NCBI RefSeq assembly: GCF_001194135.2
Contig: NC_068985.1
Span: 19,233,215-19,297,214 of the forward strand
Reading direction: 5' to 3'
DNA from: Octopus bimaculoides
Taxonomy: Eukaryota
DNA length: 64,000 nucleotides
This document shows, in pieces, positions 1 through 12,610 of this stretch (its first letter is position 1; each line of letters begins with the position of its first letter). The notes under the pieces were generated by a model. The model was not told the DNA's origin and made no database searches. It was given only the letters and a program-made list of their open reading frames with translations. The translations under genes and the position numbers were made by a program.

Positions 1-17
1 ACGCACGCACACACACA

Positions 18-49
<32 letters not shown>
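1..49. repeat. (CA)n microsatellite
   Basis: Directly visible CA run. Confidence 0.95.
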
Positions 50-51
<2 letters not shown>

Positions 52-170
52 GCCATCGTAAAAAGTATCCGAAAATCTATTAAAATACAAAAACTTTTAA
101 ATTGAGTTACGAAAGTAAAATTAGTACCAGTGATAAATCGGGGCACGAGATATAATAAAGGCGAATATGA

Positions 171-467
171 ACAAACTTGTTACCAGTTCAAATATGCTTA
201 AGGCGTATTCGAACTCGTAAGTTTTTTTGTATTCACTCTATTTTGTCATGGAGAAAAATTTCTCGCTATAGACAAATAGGTGTGAATACCACGAGTCAGC
301 TCACAGCAGCACCTAACCGGACTGTGGGATGCATGCATTTCGGAGAGGTTATCTCCGCTTCAACGAATTTACTTCTATTTGTTTACCGCGAGAAATTTTC
401 TCCACAACAAACGCAACTTATAGGTTGGAATATGCCTGAAGCATATTTGGACTGGTAACAAGTTTGT
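171..467. mobile_element. MITE-like element with 29-bp terminal inverted repeats
   Basis: acaaacttgttaccagttcaaatatgctt (171-199) is the reverse complement of 439-467 with 1 mismatch; a second internal IR at 250-266/388-403. Confidence 0.7.
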
Positions 468-865
468 ATAAACATTACTGTTTAGCGTTGTTACTTTATA
501 TTAAGGAAAAATCGTATTAGGTCTTACTAGTTGACCCTGAGTCAACACAAATAATCCTGCTAGATAAAGGTCTACATTTTATTCGCGGTACTTTCAAATA
601 AATAACATAATTCACACAGTAAACTGTCTGCAGAACTCCCACAACACACATTTCACAGAACCGCAGCCCAATAAAATAACATAGTACATACGTATTTTGC
701 AGAGTTGACATCAGATACCTTAATACACTCAACACCTGAATACAACCCACACAGCACATAAACACCACCATCGCCGCCCAATAAAATAACACATCTCACA
801 CAACACGTGTGGTCTAGAAGAATATTTATTGACACATGATATTATAACACATCTTACATGAGCCA

Positions 866-1025
866 ACGAGAGAGCTTCTACGTAATCGTTCGACCTACTA
901 GAAATAGCAGCTAAATCTCCTTCAAATCACAATTACCGTCTCAAATAAATGATATAGTTGACAAAACAGTTCACGATATTTACAAAGGTGGAATGGTCAT
1001 GACTAGAACGTGTTTTAATCATAAG
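866..1025 (+). mobile_element. SINE-like interspersed repeat, family D
   Basis: Motif ctagaaatagcagctaaatctccttcaaatcac recurs at ~21.5, 46.3, 53.7, 57.1 and 63.3 kb. Confidence 0.6.
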
Positions 1026-1317
1026 TAAGTGTTATTTGCAGGAGACAAATAACAACAGCAAACAACTCACCTCACACAGCACATGTGTAGGTAATGCGAT
1101 CATAAGCCAATAATGATACAACTTACACTCTACATATTCTGCACAATAGACAAACGAGATACTGAAGTAAGACCACAACAAAACAGCGCAGATTTAACAT
1201 AGAGACGCCACCCAACAATCTTATAAGAAAAAGCTACACGCAGAACAGGAACACACCAAGTGGGGCAATAGATACTCGCATGAAACTGTTGAAAATATTA
1301 ATAACAACAACAACTAC

Positions 1318-1360
<43 letters not shown>

Positions 1361-1735
1361 GTAATAATAATTTCTTTATTAACCACAAAGGTGTACATTA
1401 AGAAAAACATTATGGATAATACAGGACAAAACAAAGAATGTGTATGTGTGTGAGTTTGTGTTGTTGTGAGGGTTTTGCATGTAAACAAGACTAACAAATT
1501 TTTTTTTAAATTTAAAAAAGATTAATTACACAATGTGTAATCCTCAATAGGGAGGAGACGCTCCAAGGCTGCTCATGGAAAAACCCCCATAAAAAACCAT
1601 GGGGACCCTGACTTTTGGGGCAGGTGCCTTTTTTCCTTTCCTTTTTCCCAACTACAGGCGTATACTCAGGGCAGGCTCATTCACTCGTACCATTCTTGCC
1701 ACTTTCATCCACCTTTCAGCAAACTGGAAGGAAGA
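1318..1735 (-). mobile_element. L1/Tx1-like LINE 3' end (ORF2 C-terminus, 3' UTR, (TTA)n tail)
   Basis: Minus strand reads ERWMKVARMVRVNEPALSIRL*, similar to the C-terminus at ~32.4 kb; AATAAA followed by a trinucleotide tail. Confidence 0.5.
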
Positions 1736-1853
1736 AAATACTTTCTACCCTTATTTTCTTTTTCAAGTGAAACTTGAAGAAGATCATCAAGGATTGACCA
1801 AAGAGAAAAGTGTTTGTCTTCAGCCCCTTCAATCTCGTCCACTATACAACCTC

Positions 1854-2071
1854 AATCCTTTCTACTATAGGCACAAGGTTTGAAAGTTTTGGTGGAGAAG
1901 GAGCTAGTCGATTACATCGATTCCAGGGCTCACCTGGTACTTATTTTATAGACCCCGAAAGGATGAAAAGCAAAATCGACCTCGGTGGAAGTTAAACTCA
2001 GAACATGAAGACGGACAGAATGCCACTAAGTGTTTTCTCCGGCGTGCTAATGATTCTGCCAATCCACCGCC
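1854..2071 (-). mobile_element. tRNA-derived SINE, family A (Deu/Nin-like central domain)
   Basis: Reverse complement of gccgaggtcgactttgcctttcatcctttcggggtcgataaa..agtaccag core, shared with about 15 copies in the window. Confidence 0.85.
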
Positions 2072-2439
2072 TTAATAATTTAATAATAATTCGTTAATCC
2101 TATCGCCAAAGTTAATGGACCAGGAGCGGCGCATTCAGCTTTCCATAACCATCTCTGCTTTCTGTTTAGGTCGACTGTATTAGTGACAAATTATTGGCCT
2201 TAAAGTTGAGAGGTGAAAATAGTGTACATCCAACACAGCCTTTATCCATTGACATAAAAAATATGTTATGAAGGAAGCATATTTGTTCACCGTTAACAGT
2301 AGTACATTCGAGAAAACATTTAGGTATATGTCAGAAAGTTGCAATTGTCTGAACAGATTTTCGAAGCTTTTATACTGCCCTCTTCTATCTGCCAACCATG
2401 CTGCCAAAACACTTTTAAACGCCTGAAAAAAATCTGTTA

Positions 2440-3586
2440 GAGTTACCCCAGTTTAAGCATAAACTATCCCAATATGAAGGTAGCACCCTAGATACAGCTA
2501 ACATCCAGTTCCCTAAGCATATCGCTTGGGTCCAGGAAGATGGTCTATGCCTCGAAATCCGAGCCTTTTTAAAACAACACTGCTATCAGCCACCATTACT
2601 GGTCCAGCACGAGATACGTATGCCTTGTAGTTCTCGTAGTACGCATCTTGTGATATTGCTTGTTGCTACTGCATCTATTTCTAGTGATATGAGAGCGTTG
2701 AGTACGTGACCTTCCCTCTAGCCGACTTTTGACACATACATATATACAACATTCTTCTGAATATGGTGGTCGTGTTGGTCGTAGAATAGAAAGTGAGAGG
2801 CGGTTATTCACCTTGGTCTTGGGAGAAGGACGGATGATCCAATTTTCTTGGCATATAAGGACTTCTTGAAAGGTCTTTTAAAATGGTTTTGTCTGATCTA
2901 TTCCGGAACATTTTTACCTTAGGTTTAAATAAACCACTCTTGATGCTCTCAACAAAAATTTATTTAGCGATGATTTGGAAATGATCATCTTAATTCCTTC
3001 CATCTCAGTGTTTTGTGTGCATTTCCTTCCATGAAATTCACAAACTGTTTTTATTCACAACAGTGATGTTGATAAACAGTGGTTTTTGTGTGTTAGACTG
3101 TTAGCGTTGCTGAATTTTATTGCTGTAATTCTAGTTGTGTTTGTATGGTTCCCCGCTGTTGCTTTTGTTAGTGGAGTGGTTGCAAGTTTAGCTGTTGTTG
3201 ATGTTGTAGTGATGATGGTGGAGTGAGTATACGTGGCTAGTTGACAAGTTCTCTACGGGCTTGTCGAACTGTTTGGCTTTCAGCCTGAGGCAGCTAATTT
3301 CTGCCCCGATCTTTCTTTTTACACCAACACAAAATTCTTCCGATGGTTTTTCGCCTTGACCTTGTCGATCAAGGAAATGTCTGAATCTGAGAGGTTTGGG
3401 GTCCTTGCAAAGGTAAGAGTAAATTTGCGTTATGCAGAGAGAGGACACTGCTGGGAGGCTTCTTTTCTTTGTGTTGGTAGGTTTGTGGGTCTCTATCGCT
3501 GTAATTCTGTTGTTGCTTCTGCTGTTGTAATAGGAGCTATCGGCGTTACTTTTGATTCTGTTGCCGCAAAAGTAGCGAAAGGTCCC
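2440..3586 (-). pseudogene. Degenerate L1/Tx1-like LINE: ORF1 C-terminal part and start of ORF2 APE endonuclease
   Basis: Minus frame with many stops reads GHVLNALISLEIDAVATSN.., resembling an APE N-terminus; Thr/Ala-rich low-complexity region upstream. Confidence 0.45.
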
Positions 3587-4952
3587 GCCTAAAAACAACA
3601 CTGATGGAGATTGAAAAAAGCCTGCAACAATCCTATGTGAGGAAAAGAGCAGACAAAGAAACCTGGGTTATAAAAAAAACATTTCGTCAAACCCAAAGGC
3701 CTTCTTTCACTACGCGAAAGAAACAGCATCAGTACGCTGCAAGATAGAACCCCTCTTCCAAAAGGATGGCTCCCTCACAGATAGTCCAACCAGGATCAGT
3801 GAGGTACTAAATGACCAGTTCAAAAGTGTCTTTACCACCCCGTTGGAACACAGACAAGTGAATGAACCAGTGGACTTCATTGCCGCCTCACCTATAACCA
3901 GCGAGGCAGTTACGATGGAATACATCAACATTAGCGAAGAAGATGTACTACTAGCCATAGATGAGGTGGCCGCAAACTCAACTGCTGATCCTGATGGTTT
4001 CCCAGAAATCCTCCTCAAAACCCCTCCAGATTCTCTTCCCCCGTAAAAGGGGAAGCAGAGCAGATGCCAAAAACTATAGGCCTATCTCTCTGACTTCACA
4101 CATCAGCAAAGTCATGGAACGGATAGTCAGAGTGAAACTAATCGCATTCCTTGAAGAAAATAACTTGATAAGTGATACACAGCATGGCTTTCGACCAGGT
4201 AGGAGCTGCCTGACCCAGCTCTTACAACATTATGACTGAGTGTTGAGGCAGTTACTCAACAACTCAAATGTGGACGTAATATGCTTTGATTTTGTAAAAG
4301 CTTTTGACAAAGTGGATCATGGTATGATATGCCACAAACTGCGTGATCTCGGCATAGCTGGAAAACTTGGAGAGTGGTGACATGACTTTCTGAAAGATAG
4401 AAGTCAGGCAGTAGTGGCCAATGGAATCACCTCAATGAAAACACAAATAGTGAGCAGTGTTCCACAGAGCACTGTCTTGGAACCACTGCTTTTCATAGTG
4501 GCCTCCTCAGATATGGCCTCAACAGCCCGGATAGCCACCCTTGCTAGCTACGCAGACGATACGAAAGTCTTGCAGAAAATACAAAACCCCAGCGATGTTG
4601 CTTATCTGCAGCAGGAGTTGCACTCAATTTACAGATGGGCTGAGGATAGTAATATGCAGTTTAATGCTGAAAAATTCCAAGCCCTGCACTACCAGCGTCC
4701 AAAACTGAATATGAAACTTACGGGGTCCACTGGTCCACAGGGAATTACAATCCCAGAGCCTAAATCAGCGAGGAACCTGGGTATCGACATGAGTGATGAT
4801 ACCTCTTTCCAAGCGCACATCACCAGGATGGTGACAAAGTCCAGACGATTGGTTGGGTGGATCCTGAGAACATACAGAACCAGAGGTAAAGAAACCATGA
4901 TGGTCCTCTGGAGGACATTCATCCTCAGTCACCTGGATTACTGCTCCCAGCT
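3587..4952 (+). pseudogene. CR1/L2/Jockey-group LINE reverse transcriptase fragment (frameshifted, stops)
   Basis: NYRPISLTSHISKVMERIVR, QHGFRPGRSCLTQLL, FDFVKAFDKVDH, VPQSTVLEPLLF, YADDTK and LDYCSQL motifs across ORFs 3843-4046, 3961-4239, 4414-4965. Confidence 0.92.
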
Positions 4953-5023
4953 GTATTATATATGATATATATACATATATATATTACATATATATAATAT
5001 ATAATATACATGCATACATACAT

Positions 5024-5106
<83 letters not shown>

Positions 5107-5350
5107 NNNNNNNNNNNNNNNNNNNNNNNNNNNNNNNNNNNNNNNNNNNNNNNNNNNNNNNNNNNNNNNNNNNNNNNNNNNNNNNNNNNNNNNNNNNNNN
5201 NNNNNNNNNNNNNNNNNNNNNNNNNNNNNNNNNNNNNNNNNNNNNNNNNNNNNNNNNNNNNNNNNNNNNNNNNNNNNNNNNNNNNNNNNNNNNNNNNNNN
5301 NNNNNNNNNNNNNNNNNNNNNNNNNTATATATATATATATATATATGTAA
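4953..5350. repeat. (TA)n/(TACA)n/(CA)n microsatellites around an assembly gap
   Basis: Visible repeats and N run. Confidence 0.9.
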
Positions 5351-5379
5351 TACAATATTATAGTCTCATAACAGCCATT

Positions 5380-6015
5380 TGAGCAATCGGTTTCATATTG
5401 GGAGTTGCGAAAAATCCCGGAAATCATTCGAAAAGGCTGAAAGAAATGGCATAGGGTGAGATCCTTGCAACTAAAAGCCTTTTAGATCCCCTGTGGAAAA
5501 GAGCGTATTCAACACCAAATTCAGTTACTTAGGTGTGACATAGAATGTTTAAGAAGCCTTAAGTTTGACAAGAATATCAAACCAATAAAAATCCGAAAAT
5601 TAAAGAAAAAGTATATGAAAATCATATTTGACATCGTTACTACCATAGAAGCTATCAAGCAAAAGGTATCTGTTAAAGATGCCCACATAGCACAGTTTGA
5701 ACAGTGCGTTGGGTTCTTCAAGGACGACATGTTAAAAAATAATCAAAAAAAGTTTTACAGAAAGATAGGGAAAATACCAGTTACAGTGAAGTCTGTCCCA
5801 TCAAAAGAAAAGTGCAGGAATTTTGGAATAAAATTTGGGCCGAAGAAAAAACGCACAATTAAAAGACCCCCTGGACTGATAGAATATCTACGGACTTGGA
5901 CTCCTTAGAAGAGCAATAATGGGAGGGTATCAAGGTAGAGAATGTAAGATCTGCTCTCAGGAAATCAAGCAAATGGGAGTCTCAGGAAAAGATAAATTTC
6001 TTAACTTCTGGTTGA
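5380..6015 (+). pseudogene. Dong/R4-clade non-LTR retrotransposon fragment (pre-RT region)
   Basis: IEAIKQKVSVK..NNQKKFYRKIGK..SVPSKE, then after a frameshift QEFWNKIWAEEKTHN..RSALRKSSKW..NFW. Confidence 0.7.
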
Positions 6016-6023
6016 ATGCGACG

Positions 6024-6148
6024 GGCTTCTTTCAGTTTCTGTCTATTAAATCCACTCACAAGGCTTTGGTCGGCTCGAGGCTATAGTAGAATATACTTGC
6101 CCAAGGTGCCACGCAGTGGGACTGAACTTGGAACCATGTGGTTGGTAA
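6024..6148 (-). mobile_element. tRNA-derived SINE, family B (CORE-like ccttgggcaag motif)
   Basis: Reverse complement of the 14999-15160 copy. Confidence 0.85.
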
Positions 6149-7725
6149 CACAATATGCAATTTATATAAGTTATTCCCTACGTACGTTTTGCCATTGTGG
6201 CGATTTGCATCCTGTGCGGTGGGTGTTCATAACATTTGATCAGTGTAAACATAATCTAATAAAGTGTTCTACTGAAGAACTGTTGTGGAACAGCATCCAA
6301 TTTCCTTATGAACACCCACTACAGAGAATGCAAATAACCACAATGGAAAAAGTATAAACTACATATTATGTTTATCATATTTACATCATATNNNNNNNNN
6401 NNNNNNNNNNNNNNNNNNNNNNNNNNNNNNNNNNNNNNNNNNNNNNNNNNNNNNNNNNNNNNNNNNNNNNNNNNNNNNNNNNNNNNNNNNNNNNNNNNNN
6501 NNNNNNNNNNNNNNNNNNNNNNNNNNNNNNNNNNNNNNNNNNNNNNNNNNNNNNNNNNNNNNNNNNNNNNNNNNNNNNNNNNNNNNNNNNNNNNNNNNNN
6601 NNNNNNNNNNNNNNNNNNNNNNNNNNNNNNNNNNNNNNNNNNNNNNNNNNNNNNNNNNNNNNNNNNNNNNNNNNNNNNNNNNNNNNNNNNNNNNNNNNNN
6701 NNNNNNNNNNNNNNNNNNNNNNNNNNNNNNNNNNNNNNNNNNNNNNNNNNNNNNNNNNNNNNNNNNNNNNNNNNNNNNNNNNNNNNNNNNNNNNNNNNNN
6801 NNNNNNNNNNNNNNNNNNNNNNNNNNNNNNNNNNNNATATATATATATACGTTTATATATATATATATGTGTGAATGTATATACATATACACATATATAT
6901 ATACATATATAAAATCGTTATCGATGACGCATGAGATTTACAACAACTAGAAAGCACTCGAACTTAACTTGGCGCCCTTGTTTCTGGAATATATTTCTAG
7001 AGAAATCAGTTAAGACAAAGAGAAAAATTCAAAACACAAACTAGCTGACATTCAACAAAGATTACGTCAGAATAACCCGATGGAGTCAACACTCTCTCTG
7101 TAGCTTAAGTTTCTGAAGAACCAGTAATACCAGAATCCCTGAAGAGCCTCTCATATCAAACTTCTTACTTTACATGTCATCCAATAAAGTAAACATCGTT
7201 GCTTAGATATAATCATTCTTTGCAATCTTTTTTTTTCTTCGTATATCTTAACATTCGTACTTCCCCTGATAATTTCTGTTACAAAAGTTAACTATTAAAC
7301 GATCTAGTACAGTATACATACGTGAGTATCTATTTATCTTCCTAAATTACGAGTCACCTCACTCCTACAGTGCTGACGACGGTATTAAGTACTTTCAATG
7401 ATTATCATGTATTCAATATCACTATAAAGCTTACAGTAGAAAGTTTCTTCTTCAAAGAAGAGCCTGTACAAAACATTAGATTTTACCCTCTTCGTTGCAC
7501 ATAAGCTTATCCTATTTTTACGAATGTCATTAGTTAAAGGTTTTTGCTAACTAGTAGACATTTGACACCTTCCAGCATTAAATGACCTGATTTGGGACGT
7601 CAATTCATGCATTTACACTCCAGCTTCGCACCGGTTCACTGTTTCTTATAGAGATAATTTACATTTATAGATATTGACATAGATAAGCTCTACATGATTG
7701 TAATTAGGTGCTGGTGATGCTGCTT

Positions 7726-7792
<67 letters not shown>

Positions 7793-7832
7793 TACATACA
7801 CACACACATATACATACGTGCGCGCGCGCGCG

Positions 7833-8040
7833 CGCCGGGTGAAATGCTTAGCGGTATTTCGTCTGCCGTTACGTTCTGAGTTCAAATTCCGCCGAGGTCG
7901 ACTTTATCTTTCATCTTTTCGGGATCGATAAATTAAGTACCAGTTACGCACTGAGGTCGATGCAATCGACTTAATCCCTTTGTCTATCCTTGTTTGTCCC
8001 CTCTATGTTTAGCCCCTTGTGGGCTATAAAGAAATAAGAA
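7833..8040 (+). mobile_element. SINE family A
   Basis: gaaatgcttagcggtatttcg..gagttcaaattccgccgaggtcgac..aagtaccag. Confidence 0.9.
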
Positions 8041-8536
8041 ATCACCCGATTTCGACTCGAAAAATTGATCCAACCAAGCTCTCAATTCTGCATCAGAACG
8101 AAACTCCGCGCATAGCATTTGAAAGAGATCGAAATATGCGGAAATCCATTGGTGCCAAATCAGGAGAGTACGGCGGGTGTGGTAACACTTCTCAGCCATG
8201 CATTTGAATGGCTTCCTTGGTCATATTAGTGATATGAGGGCGGGCGTTGTCGTGCAGCAGAAGAACTCCATGCTGTCAATTAGGTCTTTTCGCTTGAATA
8301 ACCATGTTGAGTCGTTCCATCTGTTGAACATAGAGTTCTGCGTTGACCATTTGGTTCCGTTCAAGCAATTCGTAATGGATAATCTCTTCCCAGTCCCACC
8401 ATACGCATAACCTCGTTTTACGCGGATTAAGATCTTGTTTCACTCGCAGTGTCGCTTGTTTATCGGGGCTAAGTCATTCCTTACGCTGCTTCATATTGAT
8501 GTACTGGCACCATTTTTCGTCGTCAGTAACGATTCG
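8041..8536 (-). pseudogene. Mariner (DD34D) transposase fragment
   Basis: Minus strand RIVTDDEKW..LCVWWDW..LLHDNARPH..HPPYSPDLAPMDF with in-frame stops; cut off by a gap. Confidence 0.93.
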
Positions 8537-9251
8537 NNNNNNNNNNNNNNNNNNNNNNNNNNNNNNNNNNNNNNNNNNNNNNNNNNNNNNNNNNNNNNNN
8601 NNNNNNNNNNNNNNNNNNNNNNNNNNNNNNNNNNNNNNNNNNNNNNNNNNNNNNNNNNNNNNNNNNNNNNNNNNNNNNNNNNNNNNNNNNNNNNNNNNNN
8701 NNNNNNNNNNNNNNNNNNNNNNNNNNNNNNNNNNNNNNNNNNNNNNNNNNNNNNNNNNNNNNNNNNNNNNNNNNNNNNNNNNNNNNNNNNNNNNNNNNNN
8801 NNNNNNNNNNNNNNNNNNNNNNNNNNNNNNNNNNNNNNNNNNNNNNNNNNNNNNNNNNNNNNNNNNNNNNNNNNNNNNNNNNNNNNNNNNNNNNNNNNNN
8901 NNNNNNNNNNNNNNNNNNNNNNNNNNNNNNNNNNNNNNNNNNNNNNNNNNNNNNNNNNNNNNNNNNNNNNNNNNNNNNNNNNNNNNNNNNNNNNNNNNNN
9001 NNNNNNNNNNNNNNNNNNNNNNNNNNNNNNNNNNNNNNNNNNNNNNNNNNNNNNNNNNNNNNNNNNNNNNNNNNNNNNNNNNNNNNNNNNNNNNNNNNNN
9101 NNNNNNNNNNNNNNNNNNNNNNNNNNNNNNNNNNNNNNNNNNNNNNNNNNNNNNNNNNNNNNGTTTCGCACCTATAGAGTTCTTAGCGGTGTAGGTACGC
9201 AACCTCTCCCGATGGTCACTCTCTGACCGGCCATAATCATCAACCTATTAA

Positions 9252-9297
<46 letters not shown>

Positions 9298-9302
<5 letters not shown>

Positions 9303-9360
9303 CGCATGGCTCAGTGGTTAGAGCATTGGGATTACAATTGTAATTTCGATTCCCGGACAG
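9298..9360 (+). mobile_element. Truncated tRNA-like SINE head (family C)
   Basis: A-box tggctcagtgg and B-box-like ttcgattcc; similar head in reverse at 48.35-48.46 kb. Confidence 0.55.
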
Positions 9361-10199
9361 TGATCTTTCGTCAATAAATAAATAAATAGAATAGAGTAGC
9401 ACAGAAGAAGAAAAAACATAAGGAAAAGTTTTGTGACTGTTGTGTTTACGATAAAAGACGCAAAGAGAAATGAAATGAGTAAGGGAAGTGAGTAGAATGG
9501 AATGGCATTTTTACAGCGAAAAGAGTGTTTTCAGATAAGGAAAATAAGTAGGAGAGATTGGAGAAGAAAACAAGAATAAAAGAAAGAGCTTTTGTTAGCA
9601 TTTTCCAGAAAGCAAAGGTCTCATCTTTTCAGTTTTCGACAAGTTAAAACCAGTGGAATGAAGTAAAATGCCTTCCATGGAAAACAAGTTATAGTTCGCG
9701 ACATGAAGAGTATCCGGCCGTAAAAGAAGTATCTCAACAAGAGTCGTCCAACCCATGTCAGCAGAGAAAATGGACGCAAAACCGATTGAACAAATGAACG
9801 AACATCATGTATGCACGTGTTATAGAGCCAAGAGCTAAGGTAAGGGAATATGTTTTATATGTGTGCGAAGGTGAATGCGTATCTAGGGCAGTGTATATGA
9901 GCATGCATGCGTATAAATATGTGCTTTCTGCTACGGCAAAATGGAATGTATGTGATGGATGGGTAGTGTGTTTGTGTGTCTGTGTGTGTGTGGAGATGGG
10001 GAAGGTGACGTGAAAAGAAGGGTGTTTAATATTGTAGGATGATTAAGGATGCAGAATAACAAAGCGATTATTAATACTAGCTGAGTAGTGTGTCAACAGA
10101 AGATTGACTGTTGCTCGCTGTGTCAGCATGATATTGCTGGTTCATAGTGTAAAGAAAAAACAAAAAAAAAAAACAACTGCAGACAGATTAACGTATATA

Positions 10200-10450
10200 G
10201 ATGTTTCTAGGAGAACTGAAGCCGAACTACAAGTCGGAGCGATCCAGTGCGGCTACGTCGGACGTCTAAAAGGTGTTCCCTAAAATGGTGTACAAATTTC
10301 AGATGGGGTTTTTTACCGAAAAACAGCAAGTTCCAGAACCGGTATGTGGTACAGTAATCAATGCTATCGAGGGTACAGTTGAAAAAGCCAAGGGCTGTGT
10401 AGGTTGGAGATGTTTTAGACGAAGGAGCAGATGTTACAGCGGTAGGATAC
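10200..10450 (-). pseudogene. Penelope-like GIY-YIG endonuclease relic
   Basis: Minus frame FNCTLDSIDYCTT..HFREHLLDVRRSRTGSL, resembling the PLE endonuclease motif FxC..IYCI..FxEHL. Confidence 0.55.
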
Positions 10451-10504
10451 TAAATAAATATGCGACAATGCAATAGCACACACTCACACAGACACACACA
10501 CACA

Positions 10505-10505
<1 letters not shown>

Positions 10506-10573
<68 letters not shown>
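10506..10573. repeat. (TATC)n microsatellite
   Basis: Visible. Confidence 0.95.
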
Positions 10574-10852
10574 NNNNNNNNNNNNNNNNNNNNNNNNNNN
10601 NNNNNNNNNNNNNNNNNNNNNNNNNNNNNNNNNNNNNNNNNNNNNNNNNNNNNNNNNNNNNNNNTATATATATATATATATATTGTGACATTGCTGTTTC
10701 ACTTGTAGGTTTCTTTGTACTACTTATGTAGCTAGGTCTTTCTATGAGTAACTGGGTTTGATGTATGATTAATAATGAAATATAAGAATTACGGTTGATA
10801 TGAACGATTGACAATGGGTCTGTAGATAGGAATATATAAAAAGTTAAATGAG

Positions 10853-10919
10853 GAAGAAGAAGAAGAAGAAGAAGAAGAAGAAGAAGAAGAAGAAGAAGAA
10901 GAAGAAGAAGAAGAAGAAG

Positions 10920-10948
<29 letters not shown>
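10853..10948. repeat. (GAA)n microsatellite
   Basis: Visible pure GAA run. Confidence 0.97.
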
Positions 10949-10951
<3 letters not shown>

Positions 10952-10989
10952 GAGGGAGCACATTAAGGTTGCAAATAGGAGAGGAGGGT

Positions 10990-12270
10990 TATTAATTTGT
11001 GTATGTAAGAGTAGTGTCTAGACCAGAAAATATTCCTACAGAGATGATTGTGATACTAGACAACTTTGGAATTGATAAAATTACAAACCCGTTCAATGAC
11101 ATGGACGAAACAGGAGATTCCAGAAGAAATGTCCAAATTAATCTTTGTTGCACTCCCCTTCCAAAACCTGGAGCAATAGAATGTGAGCTACACAGAGCTA
11201 CCAGACGTATGAGTCATATTACAAAAATATAGTTGTGAGCCATAATACTCAGATCCAGAAATAGAATCAGGCTTGAGATATCAAAGTCATAACGTGAATT
11301 TGTTGAGGGGAAAAAGAACAGCTAATTCTGTGTACATTCTGAGATACACCATTGACAGAGCAATTAAAGTACAATAAGACCTGTACCAATGTTTCATTGA
11401 TTATACAAAAAGCGTTTGAGACAGTAAACTTTGAAGAAATTAAAATGTTGAAAATATGAATTTACAGGGTGTCCAAAAAGTCTGGGTACATGGAGTAAAG
11501 AAAATCATAATATAAACAATTAAATATAAGAATTAATAATTTATTAAAGTATGTGTTAATCCCCATGTAGGTACATGAAGTAAATAAAATCATGACATAA
11601 ACAATTAAATATAAGAAATAATAATTTCTTAAAGTATGTGTTAATCCCTTGTACCCAAACTTTGTGGACACCCTGTAGATGGAAAGAACTTACGAATAAT
11701 AAAGAGTGTAGAATTGGCGAAGAAAGACAACAAAAAAAAAAACACAGCAGTAATCAGAAATAAAAATGAAGGGCAGTCTGAGAAAAATCAAGAAAGGAGT
11801 ACAAAAGAGGTGTGCTTTATAATGGTATACGGTGTAATCAAAGACACTGTCAGTAAGACTGAGAAAACGAATACTATTACTTATGCTTGTGGGACCTGAA
11901 ATATTAAAGAAATACAAAAACTTTTCAACGCTGCAGAGATGATGTTTGTTAGAAAGAATACTAAAAGTATAATAGGCAGATAAAGTGACAAATATCGAGA
12001 TCCTAAGACAAAAAAAAAAAAAATCTGTTAGACAGCTTCTCATCAACACAAGGAGACAACAAACGCAATTCATTCAACAATATTTGAGAAGAAAAAAAAA
12101 AACCTTAAGTATTTGGTGAAAACTATGAATCTGAAAGGAAGAAGCCAGAGGAAAGACAATCGATGGTTTTGCCAGCTTGCATCAGAAATACTTACTTGCC
12201 CAATAATGCGTTAAGTTGTGGGAAGGGAAGACATGAAGATCCATGGTCATCGGAGTCTGTAGGCATGACA
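10990..12270 (+). pseudogene. RTE-clade LINE RT fragment interrupted by a MITE
   Basis: PLPKPGAIECELHR..MSHITKI, CFIDY.K.F.., then after the insertion DGKNLRII..TAVIR..IKKGV, and YAC.TW..AAEM..W.DKVTN.EIL..GRS.GRQ-like segments. Confidence 0.75.
11465..11675. mobile_element. Tc1/mariner-type MITE with TA target duplication
   Basis: TA|cagggtgtccaaaaagtctgggtaca ... tgtacccaaactttgtggacaccctg|TA. Confidence 0.85.
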
Positions 12271-12429
12271 TATAAAAAGACAATTATGATAGAGAATTGA
12301 GAATTATGACAGTAGTTGATCAGGACCAATAAATATGGAAGTCATTTAGAAATGTGTTAGATAGACAATTCTAAAAAAATAGTAGAAGTCAGTCTGGCAT
12401 GACAAAGAATTATCTTGAATGGAAGGGGA

Positions 12430-12610
12430 AGGTGAATGCGGCATTTCTTCCGATTTTACGTTCTGTGTTCAAATGTCATCGGGGTCGACTTTGCCTTTCA
12501 TCCTTTCTGGGTCGATAGAATAAGTACCGGTTGAGCTATGTGGTTGATCTAATCAACTTACAGCCTTCCCCAAATTGTTGGCTTTGTACCAAAATTTACA
12601 CCAATATTTG
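12430..12610 (+). mobile_element. SINE family A (degenerate)
   Basis: ggggtcgactttgcctttcatcctttctgggtcgatagaataagtacc. Confidence 0.8.
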
